A stretch of 63,395 nt of DNA, filler included, from Reticulomyxa filosa (Eukaryota; Protista; Foraminifera), in assembly GCA_000512085.1 (NCBI GenBank). It is 15 parts of 15 records of this genome, joined end to end, with 100 filler letters (N's around TTAATTAATTAA, not from the genome) between each part and the next. Parts side by side here need not be neighbours in the genome. Positions count along the whole stretch, not along the records: positions 32,675 to 44,156 come from ASPP01009712.1; positions 44,257 to 48,710 come from ASPP01019021.1; positions 48,811 to 52,285 come from ASPP01001275.1; 12 more parts are not named here. The stretch is one strand, 5' to 3'. Positions 39,887 through 51,577 of the stretch are shown piece after piece; the stretch's first letter is position 1; each line of letters opens with the position of its first letter. The translations under genes were made by a program, and so were the position numbers. The notes under the pieces were generated by a model. That model made no database searches, was not told where the DNA came from, and saw only the letters and a program-made list of their open reading frames with translations.

Positions 39887-42746
39887 ATGTCGCATTCTAA
39901 TATATCTCACCCAAGCACAGAAGCACGTGCGGAAGCTAATGAAAGTGAAAATTCGTCTGCAAATAGCAGTCACGCTCAAGGGAATAATAAACCAACAACC
40001 TCCAAGCGTACATTTAGTGAAATGGGCGATATGAGAGCGAGCGAAGAAGAGGGGACCATGTTGAGTAACAAACGTGTAAAATTGCAAGAAAGCAAGCAAG
40101 AGAACGTATCCTCCACGAATGCACCAACGACATCGTTATTGTCAGCACCAACGCCAACAATAGCAATAGCAACAGCAACAGACAACGACGCAGCAAAAAA
40201 AAAAAGCAAGACGGCCAAGACGAAGAGGTACCCCCAGGAGAATTTTTGAAAATGCAACGGAAAATCGGACAAGGTTTTCAATGTCCATACTTGGATCAAA
40301 TCGACAGAAAAGCATTAGATTTTGACTTTGAGAAAGTGTGTTCACAGTCCATGTTTAATCATAATGTCTATGGTTGTCTGGTCTGTGGGCAATACTTTGC
40401 AGGTTATTCATCATTTTTTTTGGATTTTTTTTTGTTACCATCTCTTTTGTTCATTTATCATTTCTTTCGTCAGAGATAACTTGAAATTAAACACATACCA
40501 CACACAAAAAAAAAAAAAGGCCGAGCGAAAGGATCACCTGCTTATTTCCATGCTCTGCAAGAAAACCACAGAATTTTTATCCACTTGGATAACGGCAAAG
40601 TACGCAATTTTTTTTTCAATTTCTTTGACTCAAAAAAAAAATTTTTTTTTTCTTTTTTCCAACAATTTTGTTTATTGTCGTTGTCATTCTCTTGTTTAAC
40701 AGATTTACTGCTTACCTGAAGATTACGAAGTCATGGATCCATCTTTGAATGATATCAAAGTTCACTTTTTTTTTCAAATTTTTTTTTTTTTGCCCCTTCA
40801 CCTGGACTCCCCCCTTTTTTTTCAATTTTTTGTTATACAACAATCAACAATAAAAAAAAAAAAGAAGATTGCACTCGCGTTTTTAACGACATGTTGTGCG
40901 AACGCATGTTCCCTTCTTCCTTGGTCTCTCCTCATATAAACATAAAACAAAAAAATAAATAAATAAATGAAATCAAAAATAAACAAACGTTTGGTTGTGT
41001 GTTTGTGTGTGTATATGCATATATGTACATATGTATATAATATCAATATGCGTGAAAATGTTGTAACTCGTAGCACAATTTGCATCCAAAGTTCAGCACA
41101 GCGGATATAAGCAATTTGGACACGCGAGTGGATTATGTACATGCGTTGGATGGTCGAGATTATTTACCAGGCGTGATTGGTATGAACAACTTAAGTAACA
41201 CGGACTGGTTAAATGTAGTGTTTCAATCATTGATGCGACTGAAGCCAATACGAAATTTTTTTATTGATGAAAACAACTATCAGGCATGCACAAGTGTTTT
41301 GGTGAGAAGGTTTGGTGAATTAGTGCGCAAATATTTTAACGCCAAAAACTTCAAAGGTCAAGTCAGCCCACACGAATTATTACAAGCTATTAGCAAACAA
41401 TCAAATAAAAAATTTCAAATTGGGAATCGGGCTGACCCTTTGGCCTTTCTCGCCTGGTTTTTAGATTCACTACACCGCGATTTAGGTGGAAATAAATCAA
41501 AAAAAGGCTCGATCATTTCCAAAACCTTTCAAGGAGTTGTTGGAATCGAGACATATACACCATTAACCGAAGATAGCAGTAATAGTAATAACAAAACCAA
41601 AAACACTTCCAATGAAAAATATTCCATTTCTTATGAAAAGAAGCCTTTTTTGTTACGTACCTTTTTTATTCTATTTCATATGTACTATTTACATTAAATA
41701 TAAATATACATGCATATGATATGCAAGAATATATATATCAAATTCTATGCTTTGTTTTGGGCCATTATAAACTATTCACAGCTATATCTTATTGGACTTG
41801 CCTCCAATGCCATTGTTCAAAGACGGACAACAAGAAAAATTCATCCCGCAAATACCATTGACAGAATTATTGAACAAATTCAACAATGAAACGGAAGAGC
41901 TACTACCTTCAGGAGGGAAAAAAAAATATCGCATTGTCAAACTTCCGCCCTACTTAATTATTGCGTTTCGAAGATTCCAAGAAAATAACTTTTTCGTTGA
42001 AAAAAATGCCACCATTGTCAATTTTGTTTTGATGGGATTAGATCTTTGTGCCTGTTAAGTCTTGATATCCTTTCCCTCTCTCTTCTCTCTTCATGATTCC
42101 AACGTTTTTGCGAATGTCAGTATCTCCTTTTTAAAAAAAGAATAATCATTTGTGTGTCAAGCAGTGTTTTTTTATGTACTTTTTTCCCCCCAAAAGAGAT
42201 GAGTCAGTACACGTTGGAGATGAGGGATAATTGCCATAGATTATGTCACAATGTTACTAATAACAACCCAAAAAATACAATACAAAACAAGATTTATTCC
42301 CAGTCGATTGTGACAAAGCCGAACTCAGCAAATTAAGTCCACAACGATTAAAACAGAAACTACGACGATTGGGCGGGAACACTTCTGGGCTTATCACCAA
42401 AGAGGAACTCATTGAGGAGATTATTGAACGTTTTCCTCATCGTCGCAAGTGGAAGACCAAGTATGATTTAGTTGCAAATGTTTGTCATGATGGAGAATAC
42501 GATAGTGGGTCCAATCGAGTCTTTATTTATCATCAAAACAATCGCAATTGGTATGAACTTTTCTTGAGTCAATATTCACTGAAACATACACTTTATGATG
42601 TTTTTTTGTTCAAACAGGTACGAAATGCAAGATTTGCACGTACAAGAAAGAATGCCCCAACTTGTAGCAGTATCGGAAGCATACATTCAATTTTGGAAGA
42701 AAGCAGACGGAAAATGATCGAGATTTTTCAACTGACTCCAAATTAA
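39887..42746 (+). CDS. USP39: U4/U6.U5 tri-snRNP protein USP39/Sad1 (inactive DUB)
   Basis: CPYLDQIDRKALDFDFEKVCS..NVYGCLVCGQYF; IYCLPEDYEV; YLPGVIGMNN..DWLNVV; FKGQVSPHELLQA; DLPPMPLFKD; KYDLVANVCHDG; WYEMQDLHV. Frame break at A11 (40195-40205). Confidence 0.95.
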
Positions 42747-43379
42747 CGAGAGTGTGATTTGCTTTGAGTTTTTAAAATCTTGAAGGAAAGAAAGGAAAAA
42801 ATACTTGAGTTTTTCTTTTGCAGCCATTAATTCAGGCTATTCTCGTCTTTTTCCGTTATCTTTGATGACCCTATTTTTTGCTCTTTTGCAATTTTTTAAT
42901 GATGACTTTTGCTCTAAATTTCCGGAGATCGTACAGAATTGTTGCAAAAATATTAACATTTTTTAAGAAGTAATCAAAAAAAGGCGTACACGAAAGTTTT
43001 TTTTGTATGTCAATGTGCACATAATATATACATTTTGCAAAGTGAGAAACAAGACCCCGACACACAAGATCATTGAATTACAATCAATCTCAAATCCCCA
43101 AAATAAATTACTGTAAGCATTTGTAATTTTTCATGAACAAAATTGTAAACGTTTGTACAGATTATTTTAGGTGATCTTTTTGCGGTGATTGTATACCCTT
43201 ACTTTTTAGTTATTTTTGTAAAACATTATACATATGTAAATAATAAGATAAATGTGACATTTAATATTTTTTAATTCTCTATCAAATATTTCAATTTGAA
43301 GCCGTGAAACGATGCAACAATTGTTTTTCCATTTTCTGAGATGTTAAGATTTTCTTCATTATCAGTAACTACCGATCAT

Positions 43380-43720
43380 TTCTACTCAGATCCCTTCACC
43401 ATTGTAAATATAACCATTATGTATTCTACTCTTCTATCTTTGTGCAAGTTTTTTCTTCTATAACAATCTCTGTATCTCCTACTTTCAAAAACTTCATAAG
43501 GTAATCCTTCGGCTAATTTGGTTTAAAAGGTTCTATACAAACACTACAAATCTTTCCGTAATAAACTTTTTGTTTATAGCACAATGGATGATTAGATAAA
43601 TACAAATAAGGTTTATGTTCTATTTTATGCTTAATTTTTATACTTCTCACATTTAAATAAACCAAGAACGAAATGAGTGCAAAAGGAAGTAAGAAAAGGC
43701 CACTCATGTACGTAAAGCCA
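43380..43720 (-). pseudogene. Possible decayed TM plus RING-finger gene fragment
   Basis: Hydrophobic helix LFLLPFALISFLVYL, then KICSVCIEPF and an immediate stop; the rest of the RING was not recovered. Confidence 0.3.
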
Positions 43721-44615
43721 AAAGCAGAGCTGTGTAGAGTAAGAGTATTCTCTTCGTTATACGTTGCAAGACATCATTCAGCAAAATATTTTCACTTATT
43801 ACAAATCTTGATATTTTATAAAATGTCAAGAATCGGAACATGGACTTGCTCAAATGAGACATTATTTCTCTGTATATCTTGTGACAATCGTTTCAAATGT
43901 TTATGTTGTTTTGCTTGGATTTTGCACAAACGATCTGACAACCAAAGCAAAAGTAACAAAACTTTTGTAAACTTGGAAAAAAGTTTTTCCCTTTTTTTTG
44001 TAACCTTTTCTTATTAATCTTTACTTTGTTTGAATTTCAAGTGTGGTTACAATCTCTGACATGGTGCTTACTAACCATTTCCTCACATGATCTTCTCGCT
44101 TTTGGCTTTAAAACGTTTTTGTAGTTTGTGCAAACACAGACACACAGACACACACANNNNNNNNNNNNNNNNNNNNNNNNNNNNNNNNNNNNNNNNNNNN
44201 TTAATTAATTAANNNNNNNNNNNNNNNNNNNNNNNNNNNNNNNNNNNNNNNNNNNNAAAAAAAAAAAAAAAAAAAGCAAAGATCGAAATCCTAATTTGCT
44301 GAATCGAGATTAAAATGTATATAATTTGTGAGTAAGGACAACATTGTTTGATTATGTGAACTTCTAATTTTACTTGTGCAAAAGCCCTTTTTTGTTGCAT
44401 TTGGCGCAAGGAAAGTTGAAAAGAAACAAACAAACAATAAATAAACGCATTTGAATTTTTTTTTTTTTTTTTTCCTCCCCTCCTTTAACCTTGCCTCAAA
44501 ACAGAAACAACGAATACAACTGCTTTGTACAAAGACATTTTTGTTTGTTGTTGGTTAAGACAATAAGTCATGAGAAGACACACAGTTTGAGAAGCAGAAG
44601 TGTTAATTCTTTTCG

Positions 44616-46108
44616 TTAATGCCTTTCTGGTTTGACTCGACTAAATTCATATCGCATATAAGGATAGATACCCCAGCGTCTCATACCAAATCGACGAGGT
44701 CGAAAGGCGCCAGCAACACTGCGATGCCAAAACTTTTTGCCACGTTTCTTTTGAAGTCGATGGGCCTCACGATTGTCTTTGCCTTTCATTTTCCATTGAA
44801 GATAGCCAAGTTTCCCAGAGTTCATATCTTCGATTAGTTCTTTAATTTTTTTGTTTTGCCTTTCGTCATAAGCATATTTACTAATGACATAGCCGCGTTT
44901 GTTTTCCAATTGTGCCTTTGTTTGTAACAAAGACCCATTGGTATATAAATCCACATCTTTGTATATATTTTCGAATTGCACATGTCCATTTAAATCGGCC
45001 TCGCCATCGTCCAATTTTTTCTTTAGCCATAACACACTTGGACGAGTTGTGTCTGTGATGCGTTCGCGATTTGTGATACCCCCCCATTTTTCAATGGCCC
45101 TCTGATCGACCTGTATCCCATTGGTCTGTTCATGCAGTCGCTTGTTTAAGCGTTGTTGAATGTGCTTGAAGCAAGGATGATTTTCATGGTCGAATCCAGA
45201 CTCGTAGCCACGCTTTCTAGTGTCCCAGCCCTTTGTCAATACCGCTGACTTCTCGCCACTGCTTACTGATTTCTGTTCTAAAAACGCCAATTGCCCATAT
45301 TCCTTCATCATCCCTATTTTCATTTCATATCATATCACCCCCCCCAACACGCTACACGCGTCCTTTCTTTTCTAAGTTATTGACAATAGAGAACATACGC
45401 ATATGTAATATATGTATTAATACATAATATGGATATATGCATATTTGAAAGCAAAAAAAAAAAAAAAAAAAATTCACCAAGCTCGCGAATAGTGAAAATA
45501 CTCAAATCAACAAACTTTCCAAACAAATCTGGATTTTGTTGGAAAATTGGCGAGTCTTTCAAGGGCGGCAATAACCGAAAGTCTGCCAATTCTTCGGTCA
45601 TGACTCGGGGTCCAAAGTAGGACTTGGTGCCCCCTGTGTACTTGTATTTGGTGGCGTTGTTCAATTTTGTAATCAGCTTTTTCTTACTCTTGGCGGGAAG
45701 GACTTCTTCCGACAGCTGGCTCACGGCCTCAAAGCTGGGCAAAAAGATCATCCTTTCGAGGACCCCTTCCTTGCTCTGTTGACGACGCAATCGCCATCGT
45801 TGGAACCTTTTAAACACCTTCATGCGTTCGAGCCAGGGCTCCTTGGTGTTCAATATGATCTTTTCCAACAGCTTTCTTTCCTCCTCGACGATTTTTTTGC
45901 AATCGGTGCGAGGGAACAGTGAATCGTCCATCACCTCCAAAGGAAACGCTAAAGGACGAATTAGCCGATGTTGCGTTAGATGTTGCACTGCATCTTTTCC
46001 GAATATTAACTTTCACATATATTAAGTTTATATATATATATTAACTTTTTACAAAAAGTAGTTTGTTAAGTTTTTTTTTTTTTTTTTTTTTTAAGAAAAC
46101 CCCCCCCC

Positions 46109-46141
<33 letters not shown>

Positions 46142-46816
46142 TTAGTTTGCTTGTTTAACTGTTAATCCTTCTTTATCTGTAAATCGACCCGTTTTACGCA
46201 AAAGGAAATACCCCGTTTCATTGTTGATCTTCAACTTGAACATCCCCTTAAAAACTCCGGTGGAACTGTTGAACCCGGTCAAACTTGTCGCTCCTAAGGG
46301 CACCCTTGTGTACATTAAGCCGCCCAACCGGTTATGCGATTCCACGTGGATCCACGCCTTGTCCTCCAACCAAATCCTTGTCACCGAACGGCGGGTTACA
46401 AACGGAAGGATGCCAAATGGAACTGCGCAAATTACTATTGCTGCCACCAACTCCAAGAAATGGCTTTGCGGATACAACTCGACCGGGTATAAAAATTGAA
46501 CACAAAATTTATGGAAAATGCCAATGCTATTGTCATACTCGTCCAATACGTGTATCCAAAAATTTTATATTGCGACACTTAAACAATAATACACCCTTTG
46601 GCTTTAGCTGCGTGTGTCCCACTACCACCTTTTTCGACTTGGACAGATCTGACATCACTTTGCCTATTATACCTCGTCGTGACAAGTGGTGTAAAGGGGG
46701 AGAAAGTGATGGAAATTTCTGAGGAAGAGAGCCTCCTTGGCGGCATAATATGGAATTTGAAATATTCGGCACTGAGGGACGTGATATAGAGTGACGAAAA
46801 ACCCTCGAAAAGCCAT
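44616..46816 (-). CDS. Mitochondrial TMEM70/TMEM186/TMEM223-like membrane protein fused to a long basic C-terminal extension (3 exons; 3 frame breaks in exon 1)
   Basis: Presequence-like MAFRGF(F)RHSISRPS; TM hairpin YWTSMTIALAFSINF and LELVAAIVICAVPFGILPFV; RRSVTRIWL..VESHNRLG..GYFLL..GRFTD. A phase-0 intron (aca|gttaaa 46159 ... gaaag| 46010) joins it to LIFGKDAVQHL and the 45988 and 45323 ORFs. Confidence 0.6.
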
Positions 46817-47046
46817 GATGATTCACAATTTTAAAAGTAGATTTTTTTTTTTTTTTTAATGCTACCTACTTTGAAAGAAAAAACAAAAAGATACAAGTTT
46901 AATCGTACTATTAACACTACAAGGTCTAAATTTCATATACTGGTATATCATAATTAAGATAAAATCAGTAGACTAGTTTTCGCTTGGGTTTTGGGAAAAA
47001 AGTTCAAACATTTTTTCATCTTATATCATAAGCTCTAAAAAAAGAA

Positions 47047-48386
47047 ATGGCAACACAATTGTCATTGGTAAGCTTCTTTTTAATCTTTCCTGAAGATGTT
47101 ATCTTATATTTTTCAGTGTTTATGATTGAATCAGTCAGAAGAAGACGAGACCCAAAAAATTATCCAGCATTGGATCCGAATGTCAAATATTAAATTAGGA
47201 TGGATCGAGGATTTTGACAGAATTGTTGTCAAATATGTTAAATTTATTGTCTTTTGTTTCATTTAATTATGAAATCTATTTGTTGTTTTTATGTATGTTC
47301 CAATTTAACATAGGCGGCCACATTCTTTATGTTTGAGGTGTTTCGTTCATCATCTAAATTGCTCAAGACTTTCACTGGACATACAGATTGGGTGAACAGT
47401 ATTGATTATTTAACATTCGATGGTGGACAATTTATTTGCTCTGGATCATCAGATAACACAATTTGTGTATGGGATATAGAGACCAAGCAACCAATTCGAT
47501 CTTTCAGCGGACATTCAGATAATGTGTACTGTGTGAAATTTTCACGATATCATTATAATAATAATCGTGGTGTCGTTTCTTCTTCATCAGATGACAAAAC
47601 AATTCGATTTTGGGATATCAAAGATAGTAAACAATTTCAAGCATTCGGTGGGCACACTGATGGCGTTTGTGGTATTGAATTTTCATCATTTAATGGTGGT
47701 CGATATTTGTGCTCTGGATCATTTGACAGAACTATTCATATATGGGATGTTGAAACATCCAAATCATTGCATGTTTTAATGAACATACAAGCGCTGTTAG
47801 ATGTTTGGATATTTCACCATTGCAAAGCAATAATGAGAAAAGTAATAGTATTGGTGTGATTGGTGGTAATGGATATACAATTTGTTCTGGATCATGGGAC
47901 AAAACCATTCGAATATGGGATATTGAAACAACTAAAAAATTAACTTTATTCAAAGGACATGAACATTGGATTATGAGTGTAAAATATGGATCAAATGAAT
48001 TAGGAATGGGTTGTGATGCAAATACAATATTATCTGGATCATTTGATAAGAGTGTTCGTTTGTGGGATATTCGATCTGGTCAACAAATTCAAATGTTCAG
48101 TGGACATACAGATTATGTACGTGCTATTGAATACTCGCCGTTTGTAGTAAAGAATATAGAAGTTGACATTAATTCAAATGTAATATGCTCTGGATCAATG
48201 GATAATACAATTCGTTTTTGGGATATTAGATCAAATAAGAATGAATTGCATAAGATTAAAGGAGATGGAATAATATGTCTTAAATTTATACAATTAAAAA
48301 AAAATAGAAAAAGTGATAATGATTGTGGATGTGGTATTAATTTGTGCTGTGGTTCAAAGGATGGCCCAATTCATATTTGGGGATAG
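47047..48386 (+). CDS. WD40-repeat protein of a lineage-expanded family (one frame break at T4 47774-47777; gene or recent pseudogene)
   Basis: Two short 5' exons (MATQLSL; IIQHWIRMSNIKLGWIEDFD), then about 7 GH...ICSGSxDxTIxxWD repeats. Confidence 0.9.
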
Positions 48387-48844
48387 TCATATTTTTCAAC
48401 TAAAAAAAATTTGTTTGAGCGGTTTGATTCTTTTTGGATGAATCAAATGAAGTAACATTCTTCCATTAACTAACATACATATTTTGGCATTTCTCATTAA
48501 AATTTCGATTTGAAATTGTTAAAAAGCTTTTTCATAAAAAAATGACATATCTTTCTAAATTTCTATACAAAGCGATTATATACAAAAGACAAAAAAAAGA
48601 CAATAAAAAAGGGCAACAATTCAGCTTTTTCATGTATTTTACTGTGTTTCTTCAAAGTTTTTAATTTAAATTGGCATTTCTGTTTTTATGCCAAAGTTAT
48701 TATGCTTTTTNNNNNNNNNNNNNNNNNNNNNNNNNNNNNNNNNNNNNNNNNNNNTTAATTAATTAANNNNNNNNNNNNNNNNNNNNNNNNNNNNNNNNNN
48801 NNNNNNNNNNTTTAGGCGTTCAGTTTTCTTTGCAACCTACTGTA

Positions 48845-51012
48845 TGTTCCTTTTGTGACGAGGTGCTCATTTTAACTTGGATAAGATCCCCGAAAATAAA
48901 TTGCAACAAAAGACGTTGCCAAAAACAATAACAAAAGGGAAGAAGTCACACTCCGATCACAATATTACAAAATCCATATCACTAAAAAAAAAATTTCACT
49001 AGTTGAAATTTCTTCTGATTTTGTCTTGCGATATCTGGTGGTTTGAATTGTCGATGTTTTCATGATCTTTCGATATCTTTCGAAATATCTAGTTTATATT
49101 GCTTTGCTTTCTAGACCTTGGTAATCTTTCACGATGATCGTCTATGATGATAATATAGATTTTTTTTTAGTGTATGATAAGGATAACAAGCCCTTTGAAA
49201 ATAACCTCCACAAATGATGAGTTTGTGTTTGTGTAGCACACATTGAGCATAAGAAAATTGAGTATGCAAATCCTTTAAGCATTGGAAATATGCAGTTGTT
49301 TGAAAATATATATATATATATCCCTTTGCATCATCATTGACTAATTAAAAGTCAACAGGAGTAAATGCCGGCGCGAAAGGGAGTGGCAGAAATGCCAAAA
49401 TACTTCCCCTCATCGCGGCTAGGCATCTCATTAACATGCGCTTATGCCGAACGCGCCCGCGCCAAAAGTACGCGAGGAGCCGAAAGGCCCCCAAAGGCCC
49501 GGAAACCAACAAGAAAGAATGCTTCAACAAATTTTATGTTTGTTTTATTTTACTTTGATAGCAATAGTCTAGTTTAATTTTGTTAGTAGTGATATTGTTG
49601 ATTTCTATACATTTTAATTTGATTGATATTTACCTTCGAAGCATATAACACTATCATTTGATGAAGTCTCATATAATCTGCCTTTCTGTCAATTTAACAA
49701 ATTACATTCTTTTCATCTAAAAAAAAAAAAGTTGTTTGAATGCTCATACTATTAATATTGGGTGACTGACTATTAAGTAGCTAATTTTTTATTGAAAAAA
49801 GAACGTTCACGAACTAAACTATCTAAACAAAGCATTTCTTATCTTAACTTTTTCGTATTGGTGTAATAGAAGAAAAAAGTAATTCTAATTTTATTTTTGA
49901 AACCATTTTGATACAAATCCAGTTCTTTTCAAAGCACGATTGGCTGTCTTGTCTCTTTCCTTCAGTTTATAATTGTCGTTTTCTCTTGCTATGTAATTTT
50001 TGGATATTGATGACGCTATATTAAAACTGGCACAAAGAGTTTTATTATTAAAATGTTTGACCCAGCATGAGAAAAAATAAAAAAATAACTTTAAACGATA
50101 AATTATTATAATCACGTGACTGTCATTCTCCATTCTAATTTTATCATTCAAGATATCTTGTACAATGTTTGTATTACAATTTATGTTTAGGCGCAACACC
50201 AATTTATTAGTCTTTGTAATTATGACAATCAAACATCGTCAAAATCAAAAGACTACTAGACCTTTAAAAAATATTGGAAAACTATATGAACAATTATTGA
50301 GGCTGTTTGCAAATTTAAATATCACTGTTGTAAGCTTTTCCATTTTATATTTTTTACTTTGCTTAGTTGTCTACATTTTACGAAATCTTAGTCTTGATCT
50401 GATATCGATTTTAACCTTTTTGATATACTGAACTTTATTGAAATTTTGCACTATTTCAACAGATTTTCACTTAAGATTTATCAGATCGTACTATGATCTG
50501 ATATAGTTTTTTTTCTAAGATATCGTGAAATGTTAGATATCTTTCAACTAGTCGATTCATGAAACAGTAAGCCAACCAGAATATCACAAACAAGCAAAAA
50601 TGGCAAACAAAATTAAGCCACTTTTCTACTAAATAAATAAATTAATAACTTAAAACCTTTTTGATTATAAGTGTTTTTTTTTGTTTTGATTTTCTTTAAT
50701 TTGTTGGCATAAGTAAATTGAATATCAATACTTCAATAATTTGAAAACAATGACTCATAATGTGCGGTTGATCAACTCTACTTAATCCACAATGACTATC
50801 CACATTGAATAGCTAAAATTGTTTTCACAACAGTTGATTTATCTCGCCTTACAGCTGAGATTTATTTGTTTTTTTAAATATTTTAATGATTAATTAAAAC
50901 TTAAATATGTTTTTTCGCTTGTTATTGCATATTGTGTTTGATAAATTTTTGTTTATCTTTTTCTTTTCTTACTTTGTTCCTTTTGGGACGAGGTGCTCTT
51001 TAACTAGGATAA
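48845..51012. mobile_element. Possible degenerate non-autonomous element bounded by roughly 38-bp imperfect direct repeats, with internal inverted and direct modules
   Basis: tgttccttttgtgacgaggtgctcattttaacttggataa (48845-48884) versus tgttccttttgggacgaggtgctctttaactaggataa (50975-51012); degenerate inverted similarity between about 49021-49067 and 50552-50593; no credible CDS. Confidence 0.35.
49364..49507 (+). other. GC-rich, hairpin-rich island (candidate structured ncRNA or element core)
   Basis: ggca-GAAA-tgcc (49385-49396) is nested in longer pairings (gggag/cttccc, gcga/tcgc, atgcc/ggcat); gcc-GAAA-ggc at 49479-49488; sharp GC contrast with the flanks. Confidence 0.4.
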
Positions 51013-51577
51013 AAATATTTTTAAAAATATTTAAAGAAATTTTTAAAAACAAAAAAGCAAAAAAAAATCAAGGTATTTACAAAAATGCTTAAAAAAGAAT
51101 TGTTAAATTTCATGAATACGAAAAAAATGCTACGTCAGCTTTTTTCAAAAATTTAAAATCGAGTAAAAGATTCAAATTTTTGAAAAAATTTTGAAAGATA
51201 ATCAAAATGACATTTAAAAATTACACGATTCGTTGATATTTTTCTTTAAATAAAAAAAACTTTATTTTGTGTGAAAAGCACAAAAATGAAAAAGCGCACT
51301 TTATTAGCATTTGAACTCAGTAGTATATGAAGAAGAAATTTCTTTTTTTTTTTTAATAGATGATATTTTTTTCTACGAGAAAATTATATTCGAAAGAAAT
51401 GAAAATTTTGTAACACGTGCTTGAGTTTAGTAAGATAAAAAAAAAGAAAATCTAACAACATAATATAAAAGCGCTTCTTTTATTAGCAACTCGAGGCACA
51501 AAAAATTTACAAAGTTGCAAGAAGTACAAACAAATAGCGAAGATCATTCCAGACATAAAATTTTCTTAATGAAATAA

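Noticed and set aside
41180-41220. Loss of the catalytic Cys in the USP domain as a novelty
   Set aside because: This is an established property of USP39/Sad1.
49365-49577. 70-aa basic ORF over the GC island
   Set aside because: No homology recognised; an open frame is expected in a GC-rich patch, and the C-terminus runs into AT-rich non-coding sequence.
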